Positions 9,828-19,516 of a DNA stretch of 64,000 bases are shown here, piece after piece. The notes under the pieces were generated by a model, which had not been told where the DNA came from, searched no databases, and was given only the letters and a program-made list of their open reading frames with translations. The first letter of the stretch is position 1; each line of letters starts with the position of its first letter. The DNA lies in the NCBI RefSeq assembly GCF_016717175.1, contig NZ_JADKFZ010000004.1; one strand, 5' to 3'. A program made the translations under genes and the position numbers. The DNA comes from Nannocystis sp. Its GTDB lineage: Bacteria > Myxococcota_A > Polyangia > Nannocystales > Nannocystaceae.

Positions 9828-11585
9828 TCAGAGCTTCGGGTCGAACTTCACCTTGGTGACGGTGAGGCCGATGTAGTCGAGGGTGCCGAAGTCCTTGAGG
9901 TTGCTGTCGCCCACGCAGACCTTCCAGGCGCCGGCCGGCGCCTCGCCGAGGAAGTCGTTGAAGTCGACGCCCGGGCCCTTGAGGTGGGTCGGGTTGTACT
10001 CGCAGAGCGAGTCGTCCTTGCACACGATCTTGTCCGCGGCGATGGTGGTGCCCATCTTCGACCCGTTGGTGACGCCGCCGTTCTTGAAGGTGACGGGGAA
10101 GTCCTTGCTGAGGTCGGAGCTGTCGTTGCAGCAGCCGGTGCCGTCGTCCGGGAGGGCGCTGTTGCCGGGGCGCTGGAGGACGGTGAGGACGGTGCCTGCG
10201 GGGCTCTGCAGCTTGATCGTGACGTCGCCGATCCACGGGTGGTCGAGCCCGACGGTGAGCTGGACGTTACCGACGAAGGCGAGGTCGACGTTCTCGGCGA
10301 TGGCGATGTCGGTGCAGAGCATCGTGTCGAGGTTGCCGTTGTACTTGTCGTCGAGGAGGGCGAGGGCGAGGTCGGGGGCCTCGGCCAGCTCGTCCTCGCT
10401 GTTGCCCATGCACTTGTTCTTCTCGGCGGCGCCGACGACGATCTGGTCGCAGAGCGGCCCGAGGGCGTCGAGGATCGCGGTCTGGTCGCCGGCGGCGACG
10501 CCGGCGGTGCCCATCGCGGTGACCAGGTCGCCGACGAGGGCGCCGAAGTCGTCGATGGTGATCGTCGTCATGTCGGCGTCCATGAGCATCTCGTGCGAGC
10601 TGGTCATGTCGCGGCACTCGTTGCCGACGCCGACGCCCTCGTCGATGCCGGCGCCGGGGGAGTCGACCTCCTGGCCGTACTTGGTCGGGCCGTCGATGCC
10701 GCCGACCTGGCGGGTGAGGCAGGTGTTGAGGCGGGCGAAGTCGCTGGCGGCGAAGAAGGTGTTGATCGCGTCGTTGACCGCGACCACGCCGACGAAGGAG
10801 TCCGTGAGGTCCGGGGTGCCGATCAGGCCCTTGATCGCGGGCTTGCGGCCGACGCGCTGGTAGACGGTGGCGTCGCTGGTGAGGTCCTCGACGATGTCGC
10901 CCTTGAGGCTGCCGAGGGTGTCGAGGATCGCGGTCTTGTCGGCGTCCGTGAGCTCCGGGTGCATGCCCTGGTGGGCGTCGAGGGCGGTGACGAAGTCGGC
11001 CGCGAAGTCGTTGAAGTCCTGGTCGGAGATGCCGAGGCCGGCGTGGGCTTCGAGCATGCTCAGGCCGCCGTAGGTGACCCCGGGGCACTCGGCGACCTCG
11101 CCGAGCTGGTCGGTGACGAGGCCGATGAGGGCGCCGCCGTCGACGTCGTTGTTGAGGAAGTAGCCGTTGATCTTGTCGTCGAGGAGGACGCCGCCGACGA
11201 AGGCGGTGACGAGGTCCTTGATGCCGCCGTCACCCGCACCGCCGAGGCGCGTGCACAGGTTGTCCTGGGGGCCCTCGGTGGTGTCGGTGGTGGTATCGGT
11301 GGTCGGATCGCCGGAGGTGCTCGGGTCCGTCGACGGGCCGCTGGTGCTGTTGTCCGTGGTCGCCGTGTCCGTGGTCGGCGTGTCCGTGTCGGTCGTCGGC
11401 GGCGTCGTGTTGGTCGTGGTCGGGTTGCTGGGGTCGTCCGTCGTCGTGCCGGCCTCGGTCTCCGTGCCCTCCGTGGTGGTGAGGGAGGGGTTGGCCGGAC
11501 AGGCCGACAGGACCGGCGCGAGGCCGGCGAACAGAAGGCCGAGGCCGAGCTTCGACGAAAGGGGGTTCAGAGTTTTCTTGTGCAT
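9828..11585 (-). CDS. lipoprotein with two truncated-haemoglobin (group 1 trHb)-like domains and a C-terminal proprotein-convertase P-domain
   Basis: Lipobox LAPVLSAC. Thr/Pro-rich linker. Domain 1 ends …SMLEAHAGLGISDQDFNDFAADFV…LGSLKGDIV, matching the trHb F-helix/proximal-His region. Domain 2 has the same layout but appears to lack the His. C-terminus has HPWIGDVTIKLQSPAGTVLTVL (P-domain-like). Confidence 0.5.
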   Translation of the reverse strand: MHKKTLNPLSSKLGLGLLFAGLAPVLSACPANPSLTTTEGTETEAGTTTDDPSNPTTTNTTPPTTDTDTPTTDTATTDNSTSGPSTDPSTSGDPTTDTTTDTTEGPQDNLCTRLGGAGDGGIKDLVTAFVGGVLLDDKINGYFLNNDVDGGALIGLVTDQLGEVAECPGVTYGGLSMLEAHAGLGISDQDFNDFAADFVTALDAHQGMHPELTDADKTAILDTLGSLKGDIVEDLTSDATVYQRVGRKPAIKGLIGTPDLTDSFVGVVAVNDAINTFFAASDFARLNTCLTRQVGGIDGPTKYGQEVDSPGAGIDEGVGVGNECRDMTSSHEMLMDADMTTITIDDFGALVGDLVTAMGTAGVAAGDQTAILDALGPLCDQIVVGAAEKNKCMGNSEDELAEAPDLALALLDDKYNGNLDTMLCTDIAIAENVDLAFVGNVQLTVGLDHPWIGDVTIKLQSPAGTVLTVLQRPGNSALPDDGTGCCNDSSDLSKDFPVTFKNGGVTNGSKMGTTIAADKIVCKDDSLCEYNPTHLKGPGVDFNDFLGEAPAGAWKVCVGDSNLKDFGTLDYIGLTVTKVKFDPKL

Positions 11586-11751
11586 ACAGCCAAAATCCTT
11601 GCCAGGGGCGAAAGGCGGCGATGATACAGAGTCGCGCCTGCGAGCGCGAGGGGGCCGTCGACCCCAAAACGCGGGGGATGGCGCCGCGATCGATCACACG
11701 ACTGGACCGGGGGCGCTGGGTTGCCGTTCGGCCCGTGCGGCCGCGCAGCGA

Positions 11752-12606
11752 TCACACGTGGCGGGCCGGCGCGGCGAACAGGTGCAGCATCGGCTCGACG
11801 AACAGGGGCGAGGGCAGCACGATGCTGGCCAGCGTCCACGCGTGGGCGGCGACCGCAGGCCAACGGGCGACGCGCAGCGGCAGCTCGAGCGTCAGCAGGG
11901 CGCCCTGGATCACGAAGTAGAGGCCCATCGAGGCGGCCATCGCGGGGCCGAGGGCGACGCCGATGAACCACGCGTGGATCGTCGCGCTGGCGAGGAAGCT
12001 GAGCAGGAGGCCGCGACCAGGGCGGCGGCGGCGGGCCCAGGGCAGGAAGAAGTGCTCGCGCAGCCAGCGGTTGACGACCAGGTTCCAGCGCTCGCCCCAG
12101 AACTCGCGCAGCGAGCTCGCGGCGATCGGGGTGCGCTGGATCGGCGGGCCGTGGGCGCCGAGCAGCGCCAGCACGCCGCGGAACAGGGCCTCGCCGGTCT
12201 CGCCGAGGGCGTACATCGCGAGCATGCCGCAGCCCCAGCGCAGCGGGCCGGGGTCGTGGAGCAGGGCGGTGCACAGGGCCAGGAGCCCGAGCGGGACCCA
12301 CAGCGCGACGCGGAGGAAGGCGCTGAGATCGACGCGGGCGGGGCCCCACTGAAGGCGGCGGGTGTCGATCAGGGCGACGACGAAGACCATGCGCGCGAGC
12401 GGGGTCATCGGCCGGCGGGCGACGGCGAGGTCGTAGCAGCGGGCGACGCCCCAGAGGGCCAGCAAGGCGACCACGGCGCGCAGCAGCGGGTCGCCCGGGA
12501 GGACCAGGCTCCACGGCAAGAGCAGGGCCGCGAGGCCGAGGCCGAGGCCGCGTCGCCACGGGGCACCAGCGGTGACGAGGGCGGCGAGCAGGAGGAGTGC
12601 GAGCAC
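11752..12606 (-). CDS. MBOAT-family membrane O-acyltransferase-like protein
   Basis: Polytopic membrane protein with FWGERWNLVVNRWLREHFFLP and a conserved His in ASATIHAWF, reminiscent of the MBOAT/AlgI/DltB core. Confidence 0.45.
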   Translation of the reverse strand: MLALLLLAALVTAGAPWRRGLGLGLAALLLPWSLVLPGDPLLRAVVALLALWGVARCYDLAVARRPMTPLARMVFVVALIDTRRLQWGPARVDLSAFLRVALWVPLGLLALCTALLHDPGPLRWGCGMLAMYALGETGEALFRGVLALLGAHGPPIQRTPIAASSLREFWGERWNLVVNRWLREHFFLPWARRRRPGRGLLLSFLASATIHAWFIGVALGPAMAASMGLYFVIQGALLTLELPLRVARWPAVAAHAWTLASIVLPSPLFVEPMLHLFAAPARHV

Positions 12607-12618
12607 GAGGCCGGGGCT

Positions 12619-14034
12619 CTAAGGGCAGTAGCGGGAGGACGGGTTGACGGAGTCGCAGGTGTTGAGGACCGCGTTCTTGCCCTTGGCCACGGAGGCGGTC
12701 TCGATGTGGATGTGCGGGCCGGAGGAGCAGCCGGAGTTGCCGCTGTGGGCGATGAGCTGGCCCTGATCGAGGTGGGTGCCGTTGCCGACGCCGGGCGCGA
12801 GGTCGTTGATGTGGAGGTAGTAGATGAAGAGGTCGTTGGCGCCGTTGTCGGGGTCGCCGCAGTCGGCCTTGAGCTTCACGAAGTTGAAGGCGTTCCAGCA
12901 GGCCTGGGTGCAGCCGTTGTTGTAACAGTTGGGGAATCCCAGGGCGGAGCTGACGACGGTGCCGGCCATGCCGGCGTAGATCGGTGTGCCGACGGCGGTG
13001 CCGTAGTCGATGCCGTAGTGGCTGCCGCCGCCGCCGCAGGCGCTGTAATTTTGGGTGACGACGCCGGGCGGGGTGTCGAGGCAGCAGTCGCCGCCGTTCT
13101 GGACCTGCTTGCACTCGTCGGCGACGCCGGGCGGGTTCTGCTGGCAGCCCTCGGCGCAGGTCTCGCTGCTCTCGGTGGCCTTGCCGACGCACTGGTAGAG
13201 GACGTTGGGGTCGCCGCCGGGGAGGCCGCCGCCGCAGTAGGGGCCGTCGCCCGAGGCGGCGCCCTGGCAGGGATCGCCCTCGGGGTTGCACGCGTCGGCG
13301 ATGCCGGGGGGGTTGACCTTGCAGCCGCTCTTGCAGGTCTGCTTGTCGGCGGTGCCGCCGTTTTGACAGTTGTAGAGCGCGCCGGGATCGCCGCCCATCA
13401 GGGTGCCACCACAGTACTTGCCGTTGCCGCTCTGGGCCGAGGCGCAGGGGTCCTGGGCGATCTGCTTGCAGGCGTTGTTCTCACAGCCGGCCGGGCAGGG
13501 GGTGGCGCTGACGGTGTTGCCGCCGATGCACTGGTAGACGCTGTTGTGATCGGCGAGGCCGCCGAGCGCGGCGCCGCAGTACTCGCCGTCGCCGGCGCCC
13601 ATGCACGGGTCGCCGGGCTGCCCGGTGTCGTTGGTGTCGTTGGTCGTGCCGTTGTCCGTGGCGGTGCCGGGCTGGGTCGGGTCGCCCGTGCTGTCCGGCG
13701 AGGTGGTGGGATCCTGGGTGGTCGCGTCGGGGCAGAGGGTGAGCTCGGCGCAGGGCGGGCTGGTGTTCGCGGTGTCGCCGGTGGTCGGCGGGCCGGTGGT
13801 GCTGCCGACGTCGCTGTCGCCGCTGCTGGCGGTCGCGCCGGAGCTGCCGGTGGATTGACTGGCCCCGGTGATCCCGGTCGGGTTGCTGGACGAGAAGCCG
13901 TTGTTGCCAGCGTCGCCGCAGGCGGCGAGCAGCAGCGTCAGGCCGAGGTGTCGGGTCCAGACCGAGGTGGTTGTCGAGGTCGGGGGCGGCGTGCGGGCTG
14001 GCCTGCGCGGCACGAGGGCGGTGAGGGCCGACAT
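12619..14034 (-). CDS. M23-family (LytM-type) metallopeptidase lipoprotein with three Cys-rich repeats
   Basis: Lipobox LTLLLAAC. Three repeats of G.YCGG.L.GGDP..LY.C..G……C..GC..N. C-terminal HYGIDYG…GPHIHIE, i.e. the HxxxD…HxH M23 motifs. Confidence 0.75.
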   Translation of the reverse strand: MSALTALVPRRPARTPPPTSTTTSVWTRHLGLTLLLAACGDAGNNGFSSSNPTGITGASQSTGSSGATASSGDSDVGSTTGPPTTGDTANTSPPCAELTLCPDATTQDPTTSPDSTGDPTQPGTATDNGTTNDTNDTGQPGDPCMGAGDGEYCGAALGGLADHNSVYQCIGGNTVSATPCPAGCENNACKQIAQDPCASAQSGNGKYCGGTLMGGDPGALYNCQNGGTADKQTCKSGCKVNPPGIADACNPEGDPCQGAASGDGPYCGGGLPGGDPNVLYQCVGKATESSETCAEGCQQNPPGVADECKQVQNGGDCCLDTPPGVVTQNYSACGGGGSHYGIDYGTAVGTPIYAGMAGTVVSSALGFPNCYNNGCTQACWNAFNFVKLKADCGDPDNGANDLFIYYLHINDLAPGVGNGTHLDQGQLIAHSGNSGCSSGPHIHIETASVAKGKNAVLNTCDSVNPSSRYCP

Positions 14035-14140
14035 GCTCGCAGGCTAACGCGATCGCCGCGTCCCCGGCAATGTCACGGCCGGTCAAACGCGCCCGCCAGC
14101 GACACGTGCAGGCCGGCGCACGGCTCGGGTATGGTAGCGG

Positions 14141-15480
14141 GCATGCGATCCTTATCCTCGGTGCAGTGGGCGGCGGCGTGGCTGGCGGTGGCGACCGCCT
14201 GCGGGTCTGGCACGGACGACACGGAGGTGAGCTTCGGTCCCGGGGTCGGCACGATGGAGGGCACGACGCAGGCGGTGATGTCGACCTCGACGAGCCCGAC
14301 GACGCCGACGACCACCGAGACGCCGACGGGGAGCAGCGACGCGAGCGCGACGGGCAGCAGCGGCGAGGTTGGCAGCACCACATCGGGGACGACGGCCGGC
14401 AGCACGGGCGCGGTGGACAGCAGCACGACGGACATCACCGGCGATATGACGACGGGGGAGGTCTGCGAGGCGCCGGGGATCTTGCTGGTGTGCGACGACC
14501 AGGACGACGACCCCTTCCACGCGCTCGGGCTCGGCTGCGAGGGGGCGCTGGAGAACACGATCCCGATCCAAAAGATGCAGTTCAAGTCGAACAAGTACGG
14601 GTTCAAGGTGGCCCGCGGCTTCGGTGAGGCGGAGGACCCGGACATGCCGGGCAAGCTGCTGTTTCGTCCGCGCGAGGGCGAGAAGTTCCTCGTGATCAGC
14701 ACCGGGCGGATCGCCGACCTGCAGCCGGACGGGGTGCTGATCGAGACCAAGCCGCAGTTCGACAACGACAACAACTTCAACCCGGACGATCCGAACGCCT
14801 TGCCGGCGCCGATGAGCCCGGTGGTCGGCAGCAACTCGGGCAAGGGCGGCACGCCGTCCCAGGACTGCGACGGCGTCCACGACTGCTCGGACAGCATCGA
14901 CCCCAACTGGAAGCTCGGCAACGAGGACCCCAACGACCTGCTGTGGGCCAGCCTCGAGGTGGCGGTGCCGGCGGGCACCCACGGCTTCGGCTTCGATGTG
15001 GCCTACTTCTCGTCGGAGTACCCGGAGTTCGTCGGCGAGAAGTTCAACGACATGTTCATCGGCTGGGCGACCAGCGAGGTGTACACGGGGAACGTCACCT
15101 TCATCAACAAGCAGCCGTTCACTGTGACGGCGCTGGCGCCCGAGATGGAGTCGGCGGGCTTCATCGGCGACGCGCCGGAGCTGGCGGGGACCGGCTTCGA
15201 GGGCCACGGCTCGACCGGCTGGGCGACGATCAACGCCCAGGCGAGCCCGGGCGAGACCCTGGTGTTCGCGTTCGCGATCATGGACATGGGCGACAGCAGC
15301 AAGGCGACGCTGGCGCTGCTCGACAACTGGCGCTGGAGCTGCGTCGGCTGCGTGCCGATGGAACAGGACCCCAGCTGCGGCAAGCCGCAGCACCCGAAGT
15401 GCTGCGGTCTGTGCGTCGAGAAGCCCGATGACCCGAAGTGCGGCACGATGGGCCACCCGCCGTGCTGCGAGGGTAAGTGA
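14141..15480 (+). CDS. hypothetical secreted lipoprotein with a Cys-rich C-terminus
   Basis: MVAGMRSLSSVQWAAAWLAVATAC lipobox, then a Thr/Ser-rich linker, then a globular region. Ends …CCGLCVEKPDDPKCGTMGHPPCCEGK. The track's 1437-aa ORF upstream of 14141 is an artefact. Confidence 0.5.
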
Positions 15481-15585
15481 GGGCGCGAGCTCGTCCGCGG
15501 GCCTGAGGTCTCCCCCTCCGCGCAGACAGACCGCTAACGCCGCGGCGCGAGATGCGATACCGTCGCGCCAGGAGTGGTTTGGACT

Positions 15586-17022
15586 ATGCGCAAGATCGTG
15601 ATCGCGAATGTCGCCCTTTCTGTGGTCCTCGGTGGTGCGGTCGGCTGTTCGTCGGCGGACGTCGGCCTCACCGAGACCGTCACCATCACGGCCTCCGGGG
15701 ACACCGGCCAGCAGGGCACCACCAGTGGTGACCCGGGGACCGGCGCCGCGGCGACGACGGACGGCCCGACGACCGCGCCGCCGACCACGAGCGTGTCCGG
15801 GACCGGCGAGACGACCGACATCCTCACGGGGGGGATCAGCGCGACCGACAGCGCGACCGACACCGCGAGCACGACCGGGAATGACCCGAACCAGACGAGC
15901 AGTGGCGGGGAGACCGGCGGTAGCACGGGGGTGCAGGTCGCCGATGGCGACGGCGACAAGATCCCGGACGACCAGGACAACTGCGTCGAGGTAGCGAACG
16001 AGGATCAGCTGGACACTGACGGCGACGGTGTCGGCGACGCCTGCGACGACGACGACGACGACGACACGATCCCCGACCCGGACGACAACTGCCCGCTGGT
16101 GCCGAACGACAAGCAAGAGGACCTCGACAAGGACAAAATCGGCGACTTCTGCGACGACGACAAGGACGGGGACGGGATCCTCAACGGCGTCGACAACTGC
16201 CCGATCACCCCCAACGCCGACCAGAAGGACCTCGACAAGGATCTCATCGGCGATGTCTGCGACGACGACAAGGACGGCGACGCCATCCCCAACGACGCCG
16301 ACGTGTTCCCCGACGACGGCGGTCAGCCTGGCATCGTCATCCCCAAGAAGATCTACGCCCACTCGTCGAGCGCGCTGTCGACGGTCGACGTGGTCGACTA
16401 CAGCGTGGTCGCCATCGGGCCGTTCCAGTGGCCGCTCGGCAACGATTCGATGACCGACATCGCCATCGACCGCTACGGCGTGCTGTACGGCGTCAGCTTC
16501 GGCCGCGCGTACGTGTGCAACCCGACCACCGCCAAGTGCTTCGACCTCGGCACGCTCAACAACAGCTACAACGGCCTGACCTGGATCCCGGCGGGGATCA
16601 TCGATCCCGACAACGACTCGCTGATCGGCATCGGCAACGACGGCAGCTGGAACCACCTGACCTTCGTGAACAAGGTCGTGACGGCCAAGAAGCTCGGCAG
16701 CTACGGGCCGGGCTACACCTCGGCGGGCGACGCCTTCTCGATCGAGAACGTCGGCACCTACGCGGCGGTCAACAAGAACGGCGCCGCGGGCACGGTGATC
16801 GTGACGGTCGACGCGCTGACCGGGAAGGCGACGGGCGAGCTGGCGGTCACCAACGGCTACTTCGGGATCTACGGGCTCGCCGGCTGGGAGGGGCTGATCC
16901 TCGCGTTCGACTCGTCGGGCACCGTGATCAAGATCGACCCGATGACGAAGGTGGTCACCAACCTCGGCAAGAAGGCCCAGAGCTGGTGGGGCGCCGGGGT
17001 CGGCACGATCCTGCCGCAGTAA
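15586..17022 (+). CDS. lipoprotein with thrombospondin type-3 (calcium-binding) repeats
   Basis: ATG 15586 is preceded by GGAG. Lipobox GGAVGC. At least 4 repeats of DxDxDGxxDxxDNCPxxPNxDQxDxDxD (TSP3). C-terminal beta-rich domain. Confidence 0.7.
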   Translation: MRKIVIANVALSVVLGGAVGCSSADVGLTETVTITASGDTGQQGTTSGDPGTGAAATTDGPTTAPPTTSVSGTGETTDILTGGISATDSATDTASTTGNDPNQTSSGGETGGSTGVQVADGDGDKIPDDQDNCVEVANEDQLDTDGDGVGDACDDDDDDDTIPDPDDNCPLVPNDKQEDLDKDKIGDFCDDDKDGDGILNGVDNCPITPNADQKDLDKDLIGDVCDDDKDGDAIPNDADVFPDDGGQPGIVIPKKIYAHSSSALSTVDVVDYSVVAIGPFQWPLGNDSMTDIAIDRYGVLYGVSFGRAYVCNPTTAKCFDLGTLNNSYNGLTWIPAGIIDPDNDSLIGIGNDGSWNHLTFVNKVVTAKKLGSYGPGYTSAGDAFSIENVGTYAAVNKNGAAGTVIVTVDALTGKATGELAVTNGYFGIYGLAGWEGLILAFDSSGTVIKIDPMTKVVTNLGKKAQSWWGAGVGTILPQ

Positions 17023-17103
17023 TCGCGGGCGGCTCAGCTGGCGCTGCGGCGACGCAGGCCAGGCCGCGGCATCGGTTGCCCGCTGACCTCGACAGCAGCC
17101 GGC

Positions 17104-17343
17104 TCAGCTGGCACCTCGGCGACGCAGCGCCAGGCCGCCGATCACGGCGAGGGCGAGGGCCCAGCCGCCGCCGAGTTGATCGCCGCGGCAGCCGCAGGCG
17201 TGGTACTCGGGCGGCATCGTCTCGGTGCCGGTGCTGGCGTCGGTGGCGGCGCCGGTGCTTGCGTCGGTCGTGGGCGGGCCAGCGTCGGCACGCGCGAGCG
17301 CTGGGAGCAGACAGAGCGCGGCGAACAGCAGGCGGGTGAGCAT
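17104..17343 (-). CDS. small secreted MYXO-CTERM protein
   Basis: 79 aa with a signal peptide (MLTRLLFAALCLLPALARA). C-terminus is …YHACGCRGDQLGGGWALALAVIGGLALRRRGAS, i.e. a Cys motif, then a TM helix, then RRR. Confidence 0.5.
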   Translation of the reverse strand: MLTRLLFAALCLLPALARADAGPPTTDASTGAATDASTGTETMPPEYHACGCRGDQLGGGWALALAVIGGLALRRRGAS

Positions 17344-17444
17344 CGCGCGAGGATACGAGGGCGTACCGGGGGGTGTCCACGTGGTAGCCGGCTGGCCCGG
17401 GCTCGCGCGCTCTACATCCTCGCGTGGCTCGCGGGCGGCTCGGG

Positions 17445-18263
17445 CTAGCCGGCGGCGGTGGGCGGTGGCGCTGGTGGTTGGCCGGGGATCTTGCTCAGGC
17501 GCGGTGAGCCGGCGGGGATCTCGGGTGCGTCGACGAGGTGCTCGAGGATCTCGCGGATGCCCTCGTCGCTGCAGGCGCCGGTCTGCCAGGTGAACTGGCG
17601 AACCACCGACCAGCCGGGGAGGAAGGCCCAGTGGAGGTCGTCCTGCTCGCTCCAGTAGGCGCCGGCGAGGCCGGGGATCGGCACGGAGCGGAAGTTTGGG
17701 TCGCTGGCGAGCCGGCGGGTGAAGAGGTCGTGCGCCTCGGCGGCCTCACGCGCGTCGGCGCCGCGGACGAGCGAGAGGCGAAACCAGGTCGGGGGGGCGC
17801 CCGAGGCCTCGGCGTCGGGCAGGAAGTAGTAGCCGCAGGTCGCGTGGAACGACTCGCCGAGGTAGAGCTTGAGGCCGCAGGCCCGCTTCACGACCTCGAC
17901 GTCGAGGCCGAGCTGGCGCGTGCAACACTCGGGCTCGGACAGCTCCGGCGCGAACAGGCGACAGTTGCCGTTGCTCTCGTCGGGCCGACCGGTGCCGGGG
18001 CTCGGGGGTTCCTTGGGCGGGTTCGGCACGCCGTTCTCGGCGACGTAATAGTCAGCGGTGTCGGCGACGATGCGCTTGTCGTTGGGGTTCGGCGGGGCGT
18101 CGTCGCGACGTGACTCCGGGGCGGGCTCGCTGGCCTGCGGACAGGCGGCGAGGCCCCCCACAAGGCCAGCCAGGAGGCCAATTCGGAGGCTGTCTGGGAG
18201 GCCAATGCGGAGGCTGTCTGGGAGGCCAATTCGGAGGCCACGAGCGAGGGTCCGGCGAGGCAT
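17445..18263 (-). CDS. hypothetical lipoprotein
   Basis: Lipobox GGLAAC. The N-region contains the 3x repeat LRIGLPDS, encoded by 24-bp DNA repeats. Cys-rich mature domain. Confidence 0.5.
   Translation of the reverse strand: MPRRTLARGLRIGLPDSLRIGLPDSLRIGLLAGLVGGLAACPQASEPAPESRRDDAPPNPNDKRIVADTADYYVAENGVPNPPKEPPSPGTGRPDESNGNCRLFAPELSEPECCTRQLGLDVEVVKRACGLKLYLGESFHATCGYYFLPDAEASGAPPTWFRLSLVRGADAREAAEAHDLFTRRLASDPNFRSVPIPGLAGAYWSEQDDLHWAFLPGWSVVRQFTWQTGACSDEGIREILEHLVDAPEIPAGSPRLSKIPGQPPAPPPTAAG
18173..18245. repeat. 3 x 24-bp tandem repeat inside the signal-peptide coding region
   Basis: ggaggccaat(t/g)cggaggctgtctg occurs three times. Confidence 0.8.
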
Positions 18264-18275
18264 GACGGGCCACTC

Positions 18276-19505
18276 TTAGCGCGGTCGGCGACGCCGCGCC
18301 AGCCAGGCGAGGGGCAACAGGACGGCCAGGCCGCGCCCCTGGGACGGGAGGTCCGACGGCGTTCTGGCGACCCGGCAGCCGCCCGCGTTGGTGTCGTCGG
18401 CGGCGGTGTCGGTCTCGGAGTCGCCGGCGCCGCTGTCCGTGTCGGGATCTTCGCTGCCCTCGGGGAGGATCGTGAAGTGCACGGCGGCCTGACCGGCGTT
18501 GCCTCCGTCGTCGACGACGCGGACCTTGAGCTCGTACTCACCGGCGGGCGGGTTCTGCAGCGCGAGCGCCAGCTTGTAGCCCTCACCCTCGTAGAGGGTC
18601 TTGCCGGCGCTGGTGATGGTGATGTCGTAGTACTGCGGCGCGAGGTCGTCGCTCATCTCGCCGAGCAGCGGGATCGTGACCGGCAGGACGTGGGTCGAGT
18701 GGTCGGGTGGGCTCGTGATCGTGAGCGTCGGCGGCGAGGTGTCGGGCACCGCGGGGCCGAACAGGTAGAGCAGCTCGCGGTAGCTGTTCTGGTAGCCGGC
18801 CTCGCAGAATTTCTCGTGCACGAGGTTGCACTGGCCGCCGACCTCGACGAGGTCGGTGTTGGCGACGATCTTGTTGCACTGGTCCTGGAACGACGGGGTG
18901 GCCTGGGCGACGAAGGGGTGGAGGTTGTCGAAGGGGGCGTTGACGTGCTCGAGGCCCCAGGTGTGTGCGGCCTCCTGCAGGATGATCGTCGAGCCGATGT
19001 TCGAGCCCTGGAAGGCGCCCGCGAAGCAGGTGTCGTTGTCCCACAGGTTGCCGCAGTCGATGTAGGGGGCGACGCCGGCGAAGGTCTGGGTGCCGAGGTC
19101 GCCGTAGAGGACCATCGTGTAGCCCTGCTCGGCGGGCGGGCGGGTGATGACGGTGCGGACGCCGAAGTCGGCGAGGTCCTTGCGCACGGCCTGGACGATC
19201 GAGACGCGGCGGTGCTCGGTGCCGACGAAGGGACCGACGTAGCCGTGGAAGAGGTCGGCGAGGCTGCTGCAGTCGTGGCGCGAGTCGTTGCCGCAGCCGC
19301 GGCGCAGGACGGCGCCGTCGAAGTTGACGTAGAGGAGGTGCGGGCGGCCTGCGGACTGCGGGAGCTGGTCGGGGCCGGCGAGCGGGAGCGGTGCGGTGGC
19401 GAGGTGGCGGCCCGGGACCTCGGCGAGCTCGGCCGGGACGCGAACGCCGGCGCGGGCGGTCGCGGGGACGGTGAGCGCGAGGAGGGCGAGCAGCGCAGGG
19501 CGCAT
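18276..19505 (-). CDS. secreted MYXO-CTERM protein with a metzincin-like QExxHxxGxxH motif (paralog A)
   Basis: Start ATG 19505 (MRPALLALLALTVPATARA). Has ILQEAAHTWGLEH. C-terminus is GGCRVA…LAVLLPLAWLARRRRPR (MYXO-CTERM). The track's 683-aa ORF N-terminus is an artefact. Confidence 0.6.
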   Translation of the reverse strand: MRPALLALLALTVPATARAGVRVPAELAEVPGRHLATAPLPLAGPDQLPQSAGRPHLLYVNFDGAVLRRGCGNDSRHDCSSLADLFHGYVGPFVGTEHRRVSIVQAVRKDLADFGVRTVITRPPAEQGYTMVLYGDLGTQTFAGVAPYIDCGNLWDNDTCFAGAFQGSNIGSTIILQEAAHTWGLEHVNAPFDNLHPFVAQATPSFQDQCNKIVANTDLVEVGGQCNLVHEKFCEAGYQNSYRELLYLFGPAVPDTSPPTLTITSPPDHSTHVLPVTIPLLGEMSDDLAPQYYDITITSAGKTLYEGEGYKLALALQNPPAGEYELKVRVVDDGGNAGQAAVHFTILPEGSEDPDTDSGAGDSETDTAADDTNAGGCRVARTPSDLPSQGRGLAVLLPLAWLARRRRPR

Positions 19506-19516
19506 GGCAGGCCAGG

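Noticed and set aside
11167-15480. 1437-aa plus-strand ORF
   Set aside because: Only the last ~445 aa (from 14141) are protein-like. The rest is an Ala/Gly/Arg artefact that overlaps real minus-strand genes (M23 peptidase, MBOAT).
14152-16656. 834-aa minus-strand ORF
   Set aside because: Antisense to two lipoprotein genes that carry clear signal peptides and TSP3 repeats. Composition is artefact-like.
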